Virus record (IMG/VR): IMGVR_UViG_3300028591_008352
Span: 1 to 64,000 of that record
Reading direction: 5' to 3' (one strand)
DNA from: a virus
Lineage: Duplodnaviria > Caudoviricetes
DNA length: 64,000 bases
Shown: positions 25,792 to 34,698 of the stretch, one piece after another
How positions within the stretch are numbered: position 1 is the first letter of the stretch
How the letters are laid out: the number at the start of each line of letters is the position of its first letter
Translations under genes and position numbers: made by a program
The notes under the pieces: generated by a model
Seen by the model: the letters and a program-made list of their open reading frames with translations, nothing else
Database searches by the model: none
Told to the model about the DNA's origin: nothing

Positions 25792-26511
25792 ATGGAAACA
25801 GCAATCCAAGTATTCAACAACCCGCAATTCGGAGACATCCGAGTAATAACCGACGAGAATGGACAAATCCTTTTTGTAGGAAAGGATATAGCGAAAGCTC
25901 TGGGGTATGCTAACCCTCGAAACGCTTTGAAAGCCCATGTGGATGCAGAGGACAAAACCACCGCCCCGATTCAGGGCAGTGGTTCGAACTACAAAACCCG
26001 TGCTGTGCTTATCAACGAGTCTGGCTTCTACGCTCTTGTCCTTTCGTCAAAGTTACCCCAAGCCAAGCGGATCAAGCGTTGGGTGACGAGCGAGGTTCTT
26101 CCGGCCATCCGCCGCACTGGAGCCTACGCCGTGCCCAATCCCGCCGTCACCGACAGCACGGAGCATCTGCTGGCAGAGCTGCGCGACACACGCACACAGG
26201 ATGCCGAGAAGCTGCTGCGCAAGCACGTCAACGCCTTCAATAAGCGGCTGAGGGAGTATGTGACAGAAGGCCGCTATTTCTTAGGCCACAACTACGGCCC
26301 TCTGAGCCGTGAGCAGTCGGGAATAGTGCTGCCTCCCGGCATAAGCTTCGAACAGGCTTTGAAGTCGCTCTTCGCCCAGCTCGACGAGGCATTCCTGGCC
26401 TTCTATAGCCTGAACCACGGCTTTGCAAAGGGAGAAACAGCCATGCAGATGCGACTGGAGGCAATGAGAGAGCAGATTTCGCTCCTCGGAAAAATGGCTG
26501 GCGTCATCTGA
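25792..26511 (+). CDS. BRO-N domain antirepressor-like protein
   Basis: IQVFNNPQFGDIRVI...FVGKDIAKALGYANP...INESGFYALVLSSKLPQAKRIKRWVTSEVLPAIRRTGAY. Confidence 0.92.
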   Translation: METAIQVFNNPQFGDIRVITDENGQILFVGKDIAKALGYANPRNALKAHVDAEDKTTAPIQGSGSNYKTRAVLINESGFYALVLSSKLPQAKRIKRWVTSEVLPAIRRTGAYAVPNPAVTDSTEHLLAELRDTRTQDAEKLLRKHVNAFNKRLREYVTEGRYFLGHNYGPLSREQSGIVLPPGISFEQALKSLFAQLDEAFLAFYSLNHGFAKGETAMQMRLEAMREQISLLGKMAGVI

Positions 26512-26542
26512 CGTCGCCGATTCTTAGTTACTTCGTTATCAG

Positions 26543-26577
26543 GCCCCGGCGGGAAAATCCGCTGGGGCGTTCTTTTT
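26543..26577 (+). terminator. Intrinsic terminator after bro
   Basis: GCCCCGGCGGG-AAAA-TCCGCTGGGGC then GTTCTTTTT. Confidence 0.7.
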
Positions 26578-26609
26578 GCCTGTTTGTAAAGCATTTTCAA
26601 AACGTCTTT

Positions 26610-26779
26610 TTTGCCGCGGCAAAATCGCAAATTTGCCGCCATGTTTGCCGATATATTTGCCGCTACTTTTGCCGCGGCGTTTGCCGAATATTTTGCCGCG
26701 TCATTTGCCGCAGCAAAAAGACCACGTTAAGAGCTGTTAAGAATGTTAACGGAAATCGGTTTTGCCGCTATTTTTGCCG
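26610..26779. repeat. Iteron-like array C upstream of terminase
   Basis: TTTGCCG at 26610, 26632, 26644, 26656, 26668, 26680, 26692, 26704 (12-bp period), 26761 and 26773. Followed by an AT-rich tract and ATAGGGGGTTATAGGGGGAAAGA (26976-26998). Confidence 0.88.
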
Positions 26780-27132
26780 CGACAAATTTCACGAAGATAG
26801 GGCGTTTCGGAGGATTTAGTTAAAATTGGCATGAAAAACAGCTTTTTTTTAACGAAAAATTAACACGTTAAATTCTGTTAATTCGGTGAACAGCCGTTAA
26901 ATCCTCGCGCGCGTACATGATGTGCGTATGCGCACGGTTATACTCTATATAATATATTATTATTTACTAATAGATATAGGGGGTTATAGGGGGAAAGAAA
27001 AAAAACTGATCCTTGTACTTGGTACTTGCTCATGGTACCATTTCCATACATTATTTATAATTCAAGTGCTTAAAAGCAAACGCAAAAACCGCAAAAACAA
27101 GGGTTTATGTAAGTTATAAGCATAATTTAATA

Positions 27133-27172
27133 GTGCTTTTTAGGCACTTTTGCGAAAATTTGCTTATTTTTG
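27133..27172 (+). promoter_or_regulatory. Late promoter: GTGCTT-TTT-AGGCAC at the -33 position plus TATTTTTG
   Basis: The palindrome ends 17 bp before the -7 element, upstream of terS. Confidence 0.65.
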
Positions 27173-27197
27173 TGCCAAATAATCAGAAAACACGGAT

Positions 27198-27704
27198 ATG
27201 AAGTACAGCGAACAGACCATCGCCGCCATAGCGGATGCCATCAAGGACGGCGAGACCGTCGAGACCGCCTGCAAGATAGCCGGGATTACCAAGACCACCT
27301 TCTACGAATGGATGGCGGACGAGGGAAAAACGGACTTTGCTGACGCCATAAAAAAGGCCAAGGACGAGTTCCAGAAGACGATCGTCGGCAGGCTGGAGCA
27401 CTCCCTTTGGAAGAAGGCGCTCGGCTTCGAGTTCGAGGAGAGGAAGACGGAGACCAACAAGGATGGTGTGACTACCAAGAAGACTGTAGTCAAGAAATAC
27501 TATCCCCCCGACACCGCTGCCCTGATATTCGCCCTTACAAACGTAGCTCCCGAGCAGTGGAAGAACCGCCAGAACATAGAGGCGACGGGCAGGGACGGGA
27601 GAGACCTATACCCCCGCCAGAGCATCGACATGGACAAGCTGACGGCCGAGCAGCGTGAGCTCCTGCTTTCCATCGGCACGGAAATCATCAACAGGAAGGA
27701 ATGA
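27198..27704 (+). CDS. Terminase small subunit
   Basis: N-terminal HTH (ETACKIAGITKTTFYEW), PPDTAALIFALTN; overlaps terL. Confidence 0.85.
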   Translation: MKYSEQTIAAIADAIKDGETVETACKIAGITKTTFYEWMADEGKTDFADAIKKAKDEFQKTIVGRLEHSLWKKALGFEFEERKTETNKDGVTTKKTVVKKYYPPDTAALIFALTNVAPEQWKNRQNIEATGRDGRDLYPRQSIDMDKLTAEQRELLLSIGTEIINRKE

Positions 27705-29164
27705 GCATCGACTATACGGAGCTGGCAATAGCAGCGGTGGCAGACGAGTGCAGGAGGAGCTTCTTCTACTTCGTCAGGACCTTCTGGGACGTCATCATCA
27801 AGGAGGAGCCCGTGTACAACTGGCACATCCCCTACCTTTGCGGTGAGCTCCAGAGGCTTTCCGTGTCCATCGTGGAGCGACGGCCGAAGCCGTATGACCT
27901 CATCATCAACATTCCCCCTGGCACCACCAAGTCCACCATCGTGACCGTGATGTGGCCCGTATGGCTGTGGACGCAGGACCCCAGCATCCGCATCATCACC
28001 AACTCATATTCTGGTGCCCTCTCCATCGACCATGCCACCAAGAGCAAGGACATCATCGAGAGCGACAAGTTCAGGATGCTGTACCCGGAGATAAGGATAC
28101 GCCGCGACAAGAGCGGCAAGCAGAACTATGAGAACACCGAGACGGGCTACCGCTACGCCACCTCCACGGGTGCCACCATCACTGGCTTCCACGCGCACGT
28201 CATCATCAATGACGACCCCGTGAACCCCAAGCAGGCCGAATCGGAGCAGATGCGAACCGCCGCAAACGAGCACACTAAGACACTTTCCTCACGTAAGGTT
28301 GACAAGGCCAATACGCCTGTGGTCACCATCATGCAGCGACTCCATGAGGAAGACGTGACCGGCTACCTGTTGAAGAAGAAGGGCGAGAACATCCGCCACA
28401 TCTGCCTCCCCGCCGAGCTTTCGGACAACGTAAGGCCCGCGGAGCTGAGAAGCAACTACGTGGACGGGCTCCTCGACCCCGTGCGACTTCCGAGGAAGGT
28501 TCTTGAGGAAGCCAAGACTGACCTCGGCAGCAGGGGCTACGCCGGGCAGTACGAACAGACGCCGACGGCAGCTGGCGGCAACATCATCAAGGAGTCCTGG
28601 TTCAGGCACGTCAGCAAGGCCGACTACCACGCCCTGCATTTCCGTGAGCCTGTACACTTCTTCCTCGACACGGCCTACAACAAGAAGCAGAAGAGCGACA
28701 ACGACCCCTCTGGCATCCTCGGGGCGTGCAAGATACGGAACAACATCTACATCACCTGCGCACAGAAGGTTTACAAGGAGTTCCCCGACCTGATACGGTT
28801 CCTGCCAGAGTTCATGGCGGCGAACGACGCCAGCGGCGAGAGCACGCTGAGGATAGAGCCGAAGGCAAACGGAATGAGCGTCTGCCAGCAGCTGCAGGAG
28901 GTGAGCTCGCTCAACGTCACCTACACCCCATCCCCCACCGACGCGAAGGACACGCGCCTCTATGCCGTCGCCCCGAAGGTGGAGTGCGGACGCGTTTACT
29001 TGGTGGAGGGCGACTGGAACGAAGAGTTCATTGACGAGGTCTGCGGCTTCCCCGCCAAGACCCACGACGAATACGTCGACATCCTCGGCTATGCCATCAA
29101 CTATTTCACGGAGGAAAGCTTCGAGGTGCCCGAGTATGCCGGCAGCATGTTAGCGATAACGTAG
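27701..29164 (+). CDS. terL: Terminase large subunit
   Basis: INIPPGTTKST (Walker A), INDDPVNP (Walker B), nuclease LDTAY...HDEYVD. Confidence 0.93.
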   Translation: MSIDYTELAIAAVADECRRSFFYFVRTFWDVIIKEEPVYNWHIPYLCGELQRLSVSIVERRPKPYDLIINIPPGTTKSTIVTVMWPVWLWTQDPSIRIITNSYSGALSIDHATKSKDIIESDKFRMLYPEIRIRRDKSGKQNYENTETGYRYATSTGATITGFHAHVIINDDPVNPKQAESEQMRTAANEHTKTLSSRKVDKANTPVVTIMQRLHEEDVTGYLLKKKGENIRHICLPAELSDNVRPAELRSNYVDGLLDPVRLPRKVLEEAKTDLGSRGYAGQYEQTPTAAGGNIIKESWFRHVSKADYHALHFREPVHFFLDTAYNKKQKSDNDPSGILGACKIRNNIYITCAQKVYKEFPDLIRFLPEFMAANDASGESTLRIEPKANGMSVCQQLQEVSSLNVTYTPSPTDAKDTRLYAVAPKVECGRVYLVEGDWNEEFIDEVCGFPAKTHDEYVDILGYAINYFTEESFEVPEYAGSMLAIT

Positions 29165-29189
29165 TAGTAACAATAAAAAACAAACAACC

Positions 29190-30647
29190 ATGTCGATTAT
29201 CAACCAAATCACCAACCTGTTCAACGCTGCGGTTGGAAGGAACCAGGACTTCGAGCAACTCATCGAGGCCCGTGACATCAACAGAGTTAAGAGCCTCATG
29301 GACAGCCACCGCGAGGAGGCGGAGGAAGCCATGAGGGAGTACGACCCGGAGACCCATCCCATCATGAGCCGAAAGGACAAGGTGCTGAAGGACCTGAAGG
29401 GCAACCGCAAGGGCACGCTCACGCGGTGGAAGCTGCCAGTGGGCTACCCCATGTACATCAACGAGATTTCCCTCGTGTTCCTCTTCGGCCAGCCCGTGAA
29501 GTGGAAGCAGAAGAGCGAGTCCGCGGACGAAGGCTTCCAGGCATACACGAAGCTGCTGAAGAAGATGCACTTCAACAGCAAGATTCGCCAGTGCAAGCGA
29601 CTGGCTGGATCGGAGACGGAGTCGGCCATGCTGTTCCGCGTGTTCCGCAACAAGAAAGGGGAGCCCGACTGCCAGATTCGCGTGCTCGCGAACTCCAAGC
29701 ACGACGAGATTTACACCCGCTGGGACGTGTACGAGAACCTCATCACGTTCGCATGGGGCCATTACGGCAAGGACATTGCCGGGAAGACCACCTATCACCT
29801 CGACATCTTCACCGACTCCGTCATCTACCATTGCACGCAGGGCTTGTTCGGCTGGGAGGTAGAGGAGGAGGACAACCCCATCGGCAAGATTCCAGTCATC
29901 TACTTCAGCCAGAAGAAGGAATGGGACGGTGTGCAGAAGCTGATAGACCGCGAGGAATACGTGGCATCGAGACGGGCGGACACCAACGACTACTTCTCCG
30001 ACCCGTACCTCGTCATCAAGGCTGCGCTGCTCAAGTCGATGCCCGACAAGGAGATGGAGAACAAGACGCTCGTGGCCAGCGACAACGTGGAGGACGTGAG
30101 CAAGCTTGCAGGGTTCCTCACCTGGGACGGGCAGAACGAAAGCAAGAAGGACGAGCTGGAGTGGCTGCGCCACCACATCCTCACCAAGACGTTCACGCCA
30201 GACATCGACTGGAGCCAGTTCAAGGGCATGTCGCAGATGTCCGGCAAGGCGCTGAAACAGATGATGCTCCTCGCCGACATCAAGGCGACCAAGCACAAGG
30301 AGAACTACGACGAGATGCTCGACCGCGCCGCGTCGCTCGTCATCGCCATCATGGCGAACGTGCTCTACATCACCAAGACGGAGTACAACCTTGGCGAGCT
30401 GGAGGTTGACCACGACTACCAGGAGCCGTTCGGCGAGGACATCGCGGAGGTAATCAAGAACATCAACGAGTCCATCGACGGAGGCACCATGTCGGAGGAG
30501 AGCGGCATCGAGCAGAACCCGCTCATCAAGGACAAGGAGCTGGAGAAAAACCGCCTCAAGGAACAGAGGGAGGAGAAGGCCAGGCAGCAGGGCGACCTAT
30601 TCGGGGGCACCCAGGACAGGGACGACGTATTCGGAGGGGCTAAGTGA
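29190..30647 (+). CDS. Portal protein (SPP1 gp6-like)
   Basis: Follows terL; KIPVIYF..., LIDREEYVASRRADTNDYFSDP. Confidence 0.9.
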   Translation: MSIINQITNLFNAAVGRNQDFEQLIEARDINRVKSLMDSHREEAEEAMREYDPETHPIMSRKDKVLKDLKGNRKGTLTRWKLPVGYPMYINEISLVFLFGQPVKWKQKSESADEGFQAYTKLLKKMHFNSKIRQCKRLAGSETESAMLFRVFRNKKGEPDCQIRVLANSKHDEIYTRWDVYENLITFAWGHYGKDIAGKTTYHLDIFTDSVIYHCTQGLFGWEVEEEDNPIGKIPVIYFSQKKEWDGVQKLIDREEYVASRRADTNDYFSDPYLVIKAALLKSMPDKEMENKTLVASDNVEDVSKLAGFLTWDGQNESKKDELEWLRHHILTKTFTPDIDWSQFKGMSQMSGKALKQMMLLADIKATKHKENYDEMLDRAASLVIAIMANVLYITKTEYNLGELEVDHDYQEPFGEDIAEVIKNINESIDGGTMSEESGIEQNPLIKDKELEKNRLKEQREEKARQQGDLFGGTQDRDDVFGGAK

Positions 30648-30844
30648 TGGCTGCAGGGAGAGCGAGGAAACAGGGCGGCGTCAATGGCGTCCGTCACCTG
30701 TGCCGTGACTGCGAGAACAGCTACGACTGGCACGAGAAGAGCGTCAAGGGCGAGTTCTTCATGTGCCGTTGCCCCCATCACAGGTTCAGCAGGTTCCTCA
30801 ACCATGACGGATGTGACGAACACTTTAAGCCGAGAATGAAATGA
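30644..30844 (+). CDS. Small Cys/His-rich protein
   Basis: CRDC...CRCPHH...CDEH. Confidence 0.55.
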   Translation: MMAAGRARKQGGVNGVRHLCRDCENSYDWHEKSVKGEFFMCRCPHHRFSRFLNHDGCDEHFKPRMK

Positions 30845-32625
30845 GAGACGACAAGAGGAAGAAGGCGGAAGCCGCAATCATGCAGTACATCAACGGGCTG
30901 TTCGGCCGGACCGAGGGCTATGCGTCTGCCGTGAGCAGGCACTTCACGTCTGCCGTGAACGCCCTGCTCGACCTTGCGGCAAAGGTTGACATGGAGCCCG
31001 ACGAGGTGTTCTACTTCGCCGACCACAAGCGGCTGTCCGCCAAGGCGACCGCCATCCTCCGAGGGCTCTACAGCGCCGTGTACCAGGAAATCAGGAACGG
31101 CGTGACAGCCGAATGGGACAACGCCAACGCCGCCACCGACCTGATGCTCACAAGGCTGTTCGGCAAGGAACTGCAAGAGGACAACCACTTTGCACGGTGG
31201 TTTGCCCGTAACCAGGAGGCCATGGACTCGTTCTTCAGCCGAAAGGACGTTCACGGTGGCCTGAACCTCTCGCAGAAGGTGTGGAAGTACACCAGCCAGT
31301 TCAAGGAGGAAATGGAGTTGGCATTGTCTGCCAGCCTCGGCCGTGGTGACTCGGCAGCCACCGTGTCGCGCCACGTGCGCCAGTACCTCAAGGAACCCGA
31401 CAAGCTGTTCCGACGGGTGCGAGACGCCAATGGTAACCTGAAGCTGTCGAAGCGTGCCGCGGCGTACCACCCCGGACGAGGCGAGTACCGCAGCAGCTAC
31501 AAGAACGCCATGCGTCTTGCGAGGACGGAGACGAACTCCGCCTACCGTGCCGCCGACTGTGACCGCTGGGGCAACATCCCGTTTGTCGTGGGCATTGAGG
31601 TGAAGCGATCCAACCATCCGTTCGGCTGTGAGGTGTGCGAGCTCCTGAAAGGCAAGTACCCCAAGGACTTCGTGTTCACGGGATGGCATCCGCAGTGCCG
31701 ATGCTACATCGTACCCGTCATGGCGTCGGAGAAGGAAAGGATGGCTTACCACCGTGCCATACTGAAAGGCGAGGACGTGAGCGACTGGCACTTCAATGAC
31801 GAGATTACCGAGCCGCACGATGGGTTCAATAAATGGATTGGGGAGAACCAGGAGCGAATCGGTGAAGCAAGGCAGCGCGGAACGCTGCCCTACTGGATAA
31901 AGGATAACCCGAAGTATGTGGGGTTTGAACAACTACATAGAAATAAGATGGCGTTGCAACATACTGAAATCATTGGAACTTCTGAACTGACAACCAAAGA
32001 ACTCAACCAACTATCTGGCAACATAAGGGAATTGTCGAAAAAGGCAGGAATATTTGGTAAAGACTACGAAATAGAATTCTCCGAGTTTTCGGATGGCACA
32101 CTCATGCAATGGAAGGATGGAAAGCTGACCATTTCAACTGTCAGGCATCAGCTGGAGGATGGAACAGTATTCTGCCCAACAGAGAACCTCCGCTCTGCCA
32201 TCAGGAAACTTCAAAGAGGAGATACGCTTGAATTCAATGAAGAATACAGTATTGAGAGTCTGTTCCACGAGAGTGTTCACGCACGAGCAACACGGAAGAC
32301 AGCTATCATAGCTGGAAGTATGGACGAAAAAATAATGGAGACATGTACACAGCTATATGCCCGCGACAGATACGTGAAAATCCTAAAAGCTTACAAAGTC
32401 GATGCCGTTAACTTTGAGCGCATTATGACTGATGGATTGGGGTATAATTTAGAATGCTCCAAGTTGCGCGGATTCTTCATTAAGAATGGAGAATTACAAG
32501 TAGGTGAACTCATCAATATCGCCAATGAGACGGAGAGCGGAACACGGATAATGATGAAGAAACTTATTGGAATTGGATTGACAGAGAAAGATGCAAGGTC
32601 TATCCTGAGAAACTTTCTTAAATAG
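30841..32625 (+). CDS. MuF-like minor head protein with C-terminal HExxH extension (polymorphic toxin candidate)
   Basis: NAMRLARTETN, CEVC, GWHPQCRC, LPYWIKDNP, then an AT-richer ~230-aa extension containing FHESVHA. Confidence 0.85.
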   Translation: MRDDKRKKAEAAIMQYINGLFGRTEGYASAVSRHFTSAVNALLDLAAKVDMEPDEVFYFADHKRLSAKATAILRGLYSAVYQEIRNGVTAEWDNANAATDLMLTRLFGKELQEDNHFARWFARNQEAMDSFFSRKDVHGGLNLSQKVWKYTSQFKEEMELALSASLGRGDSAATVSRHVRQYLKEPDKLFRRVRDANGNLKLSKRAAAYHPGRGEYRSSYKNAMRLARTETNSAYRAADCDRWGNIPFVVGIEVKRSNHPFGCEVCELLKGKYPKDFVFTGWHPQCRCYIVPVMASEKERMAYHRAILKGEDVSDWHFNDEITEPHDGFNKWIGENQERIGEARQRGTLPYWIKDNPKYVGFEQLHRNKMALQHTEIIGTSELTTKELNQLSGNIRELSKKAGIFGKDYEIEFSEFSDGTLMQWKDGKLTISTVRHQLEDGTVFCPTENLRSAIRKLQRGDTLEFNEEYSIESLFHESVHARATRKTAIIAGSMDEKIMETCTQLYARDRYVKILKAYKVDAVNFERIMTDGLGYNLECSKLRGFFIKNGELQVGELINIANETESGTRIMMKKLIGIGLTEKDARSILRNFLK

Positions 32626-32851
32626 CGTAGTCGTGGTAGCAAGTACCAAAAACCTTATGCACGTCGTTAGGAATCAAATCTGCATATTTTTTAGCAGTTG
32701 TAAGGTCGTGACGATAACGATAAAGTCGATAGATAAGACCGTAATGTTCAGTCTGAGTCCAATCTTCGAAATCATCCAAGGTACTATCAGCAAAGCCAAG
32801 CACGGCTTCACGTTCCTTTTTTGTGATATTATGGTCAAATATTGTTTCCAT
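32618..32851 (-). CDS. Small protein METIFDHNITKKE..., candidate immunity protein (leaderless)
   Basis: Convergent with and overlapping the MuF 3' end by 8 bp; consensus promoter ends 4 nt before its ATG. Confidence 0.65.
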   Translation of the reverse strand: METIFDHNITKKEREAVLGFADSTLDDFEDWTQTEHYGLIYRLYRYRHDLTTAKKYADLIPNDVHKVFGTCYHDYAI

Positions 32852-32855
32852 GCCG

Positions 32856-32887
32856 CAAATATACGATTTATAATTGAAACTACCAAA
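32856..32887 (-). promoter_or_regulatory. Consensus promoter TTTG-N20-TATATTTG for the 32618-32851 gene
   Basis: Minus-strand TTTG at 32884-32887 and TATATTTG at 32856-32863. Confidence 0.75.
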
Positions 32888-32895
32888 TAAAAGTT

Positions 32896-32928
32896 GCAGG
32901 AGGTGGCTATTTACCACCCCTGCTTTTT
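32896..32928. terminator. Bidirectional terminator closing the leftward operon
   Basis: GCAGG(A)GGTGG-loop-CCACCCCTGC with T/A tracts on both sides. Confidence 0.65.
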
Positions 32929-33152
32929 GTATTCATACTCGCAGGGACAAGAATTCCCTGCCTGATGATGCACTTTTTGTTCTCGTACGGCTCTTTAGAG
33001 AGCTTTACGCAGTTCAAAAGAGTCTTGTAAGTGATTCCCACTACCTCGTTTGATAAAACGTCATACACGGCCTTTTTCGAGCCAAAGTAAAAATGCTTTG
33101 GCCTGTCTCCCGGCTCTTTCAGTTCCACATGGATAACTTTTCGTGTCTTCAT
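32907..33152 (-). CDS. Hypothetical basic protein
   Basis: MKTRKVIHVELKE...HFYFGSKKAVY. Confidence 0.65.
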   Translation of the reverse strand: MKTRKVIHVELKEPGDRPKHFYFGSKKAVYDVLSNEVVGITYKTLLNCVKLSKEPYENKKCIIRQGILVPASMNTKSRGGK

Positions 33153-33493
33153 TGCTTTTTGCTTTTGAGTCTTTCAATGAGTGCGTCAGCATATTGTATC
33201 GCCTGTTCTGAGACAGCATCTGGTATGGTCTTTCCTGCGTACTGGTCACCGATACCATGGCCACTCATGAGAATGGTGCGTGTCGTTTCAGCGCAATATG
33301 GAAGGACAGTCCGGGCTATCTCATACCTGCGCTGTTCCCAATCAATATTACTGTCACTCGTTTCTTGCACAAGTTCCACCTCTTCCGGACTGAGTTCTAT
33401 GGGGCTACCGTAGCTGTCACATGTATTGAGTGTTATCTTGGCATAGGGTGCTAAATTCACCAGTTCGCCAGTCTTCTTGATTCTTGCTTTCAT
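33149..33493 (-). CDS. Hypothetical phage protein
   Basis: MKARIKKTGELV...IDWEQRRYEIA...AIQYADALIERLK. Confidence 0.7.
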   Translation of the reverse strand: MKARIKKTGELVNLAPYAKITLNTCDSYGSPIELSPEEVELVQETSDSNIDWEQRRYEIARTVLPYCAETTRTILMSGHGIGDQYAGKTIPDAVSEQAIQYADALIERLKSKKQ

Positions 33494-33497
33494 TGTT

Positions 33498-34364
33498 TTA
33501 CTTGATGTTTAGAATTCTTTTTGCTGCATAGATGGCATTGTCCGTTAGCTGGCGCTGCCATGCCTGGTTAAATCGTGACCACTTGAAAGCAGATCCTTTC
33601 AACTTTGCCCTCAGTTCCTCTTCGGGAATCTCGTTGAAGTGGAGCCTCAGACGTTCCTCGCTGTAGCAATATTCGATGCTGCCCCATTCATATTCCTCTG
33701 TCCTATCCTCGGTGTTGACCATCTTCGTGAGGCGGTCGATGCGCGCCTGTGTGTCCTTAATCTTGGCATTGTTGTTAGTAAGCTGGAATGGCGCAAAGCC
33801 TTTCCCCCACCATCCAGCGTCCCCCATCAACAACATTGCATCCTTTTCGCTGATGCCAAGATTCTCCAGTTCCTCCAGCTTCTCGATATCCGGCATCTTC
33901 TTTCGGATCACCGCATTGGCTTTCTTCATCCGCTCCTGAAGCTCGGTCAGCCTGTCAACCTTCTCTTGCAGGCGCTCGATTTCTTCCCAGCCCGTCAAGC
34001 GGTGCTGTCGGTTGAGACGCTTGATGACACGCTTCACCCAGTCGTTCAGTTTCTCACGGGCCGAGCGCTCCCACTCCAGATACTTGCGGTTTCTCGCCGT
34101 CGGGAACTTTGCAGGTCCTGTCACCGCAGGGCTGGCACACCTTGACTGAGCGTGCAGCCAGTGGCGGAACAGTTCGATGAAACGTTTCTCATACTCCTCA
34201 TGGAATTCCTCTGGTATCTTCGAGAGGAAATCACTCAGTTCACTCTCGCAGCAGTTCAGCAACACTTCGCCAGCCCTCTCAGGGTCGAAACTGCTCCACC
34301 TATTGGCCTCGTAAGCCTCTTTCTTCAATGCCTCTACTGAGGCGCGTCTTGTAATCTGTGCCAT
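33498..34364 (-). CDS. Conserved mobile-element 'leading region' type protein
   Basis: SRCASPAVTGPAKFP..RN, LTNNNAKIK, FKWSRFNQAWQRQLT motifs recalled from plasmid/phage early proteins. Confidence 0.7.
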   Translation of the reverse strand: MAQITRRASVEALKKEAYEANRWSSFDPERAGEVLLNCCESELSDFLSKIPEEFHEEYEKRFIELFRHWLHAQSRCASPAVTGPAKFPTARNRKYLEWERSAREKLNDWVKRVIKRLNRQHRLTGWEEIERLQEKVDRLTELQERMKKANAVIRKKMPDIEKLEELENLGISEKDAMLLMGDAGWWGKGFAPFQLTNNNAKIKDTQARIDRLTKMVNTEDRTEEYEWGSIEYCYSEERLRLHFNEIPEEELRAKLKGSAFKWSRFNQAWQRQLTDNAIYAAKRILNIK

Positions 34365-34368
34365 GTCG

Positions 34369-34647
34369 CTATCTTATTTGTTTGTTAGTGCATACCAACA
34401 CGTCACCCACGATGAAGTCACCATCATACAGTAAACTTTCAGCCAGTTCCGTTGCCTTGTCATTCACGGGAAGACCTTCAAACTTGCCTTCCTCGTTCAT
34501 CACAATCACCTCTCCGTCATCATTCATCAAGTAGAAAAGCTGGATGTAGCCACCCACAATCTTCTGCATTTCCTCGAGTTGGAAATCCGTGCCGTTCTTC
34601 GGCTCTACGGGAATAATCTCACCGTTTGTCTTAATAATTCTTGCCAT
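34369..34647 (-). CDS. DUF3846 domain protein
   Basis: LEEMQKIVGGYIQ...VIVMNEEGKFEGLPVNDKAT...FIVGDVLV. Confidence 0.85.
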   Translation of the reverse strand: MARIIKTNGEIIPVEPKNGTDFQLEEMQKIVGGYIQLFYLMNDDGEVIVMNEEGKFEGLPVNDKATELAESLLYDGDFIVGDVLVCTNKQIR

Positions 34648-34660
34648 ATCAATATTGCGT
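34645..34660 (-). promoter_or_regulatory. sRNA target site 4 (ACGCAATATTGATATG), ends on the DUF3846 ATG
   Basis: 15/16 Watson-Crick plus 1 G:U. Confidence 0.75.
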
Positions 34661-34698
34661 TTATTGTGGGGAGTTGGTTAGGCTCCCCGTTACCTATG

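Noticed and set aside
26922-27119. 65-aa ORF upstream of terS
   Set aside because: Low-complexity AT-rich origin-like tract; no plausible protein features.
29106-30413. Long antisense/alternate-frame ORFs in GC-rich genes (e.g. 29106-30413, 29426-30409, 30778-31932, 37145-38209, 17776-18768)
   Set aside because: Shadow ORFs caused by strong GC3 bias in portal, MuF and capsid genes; no recognisable motifs.
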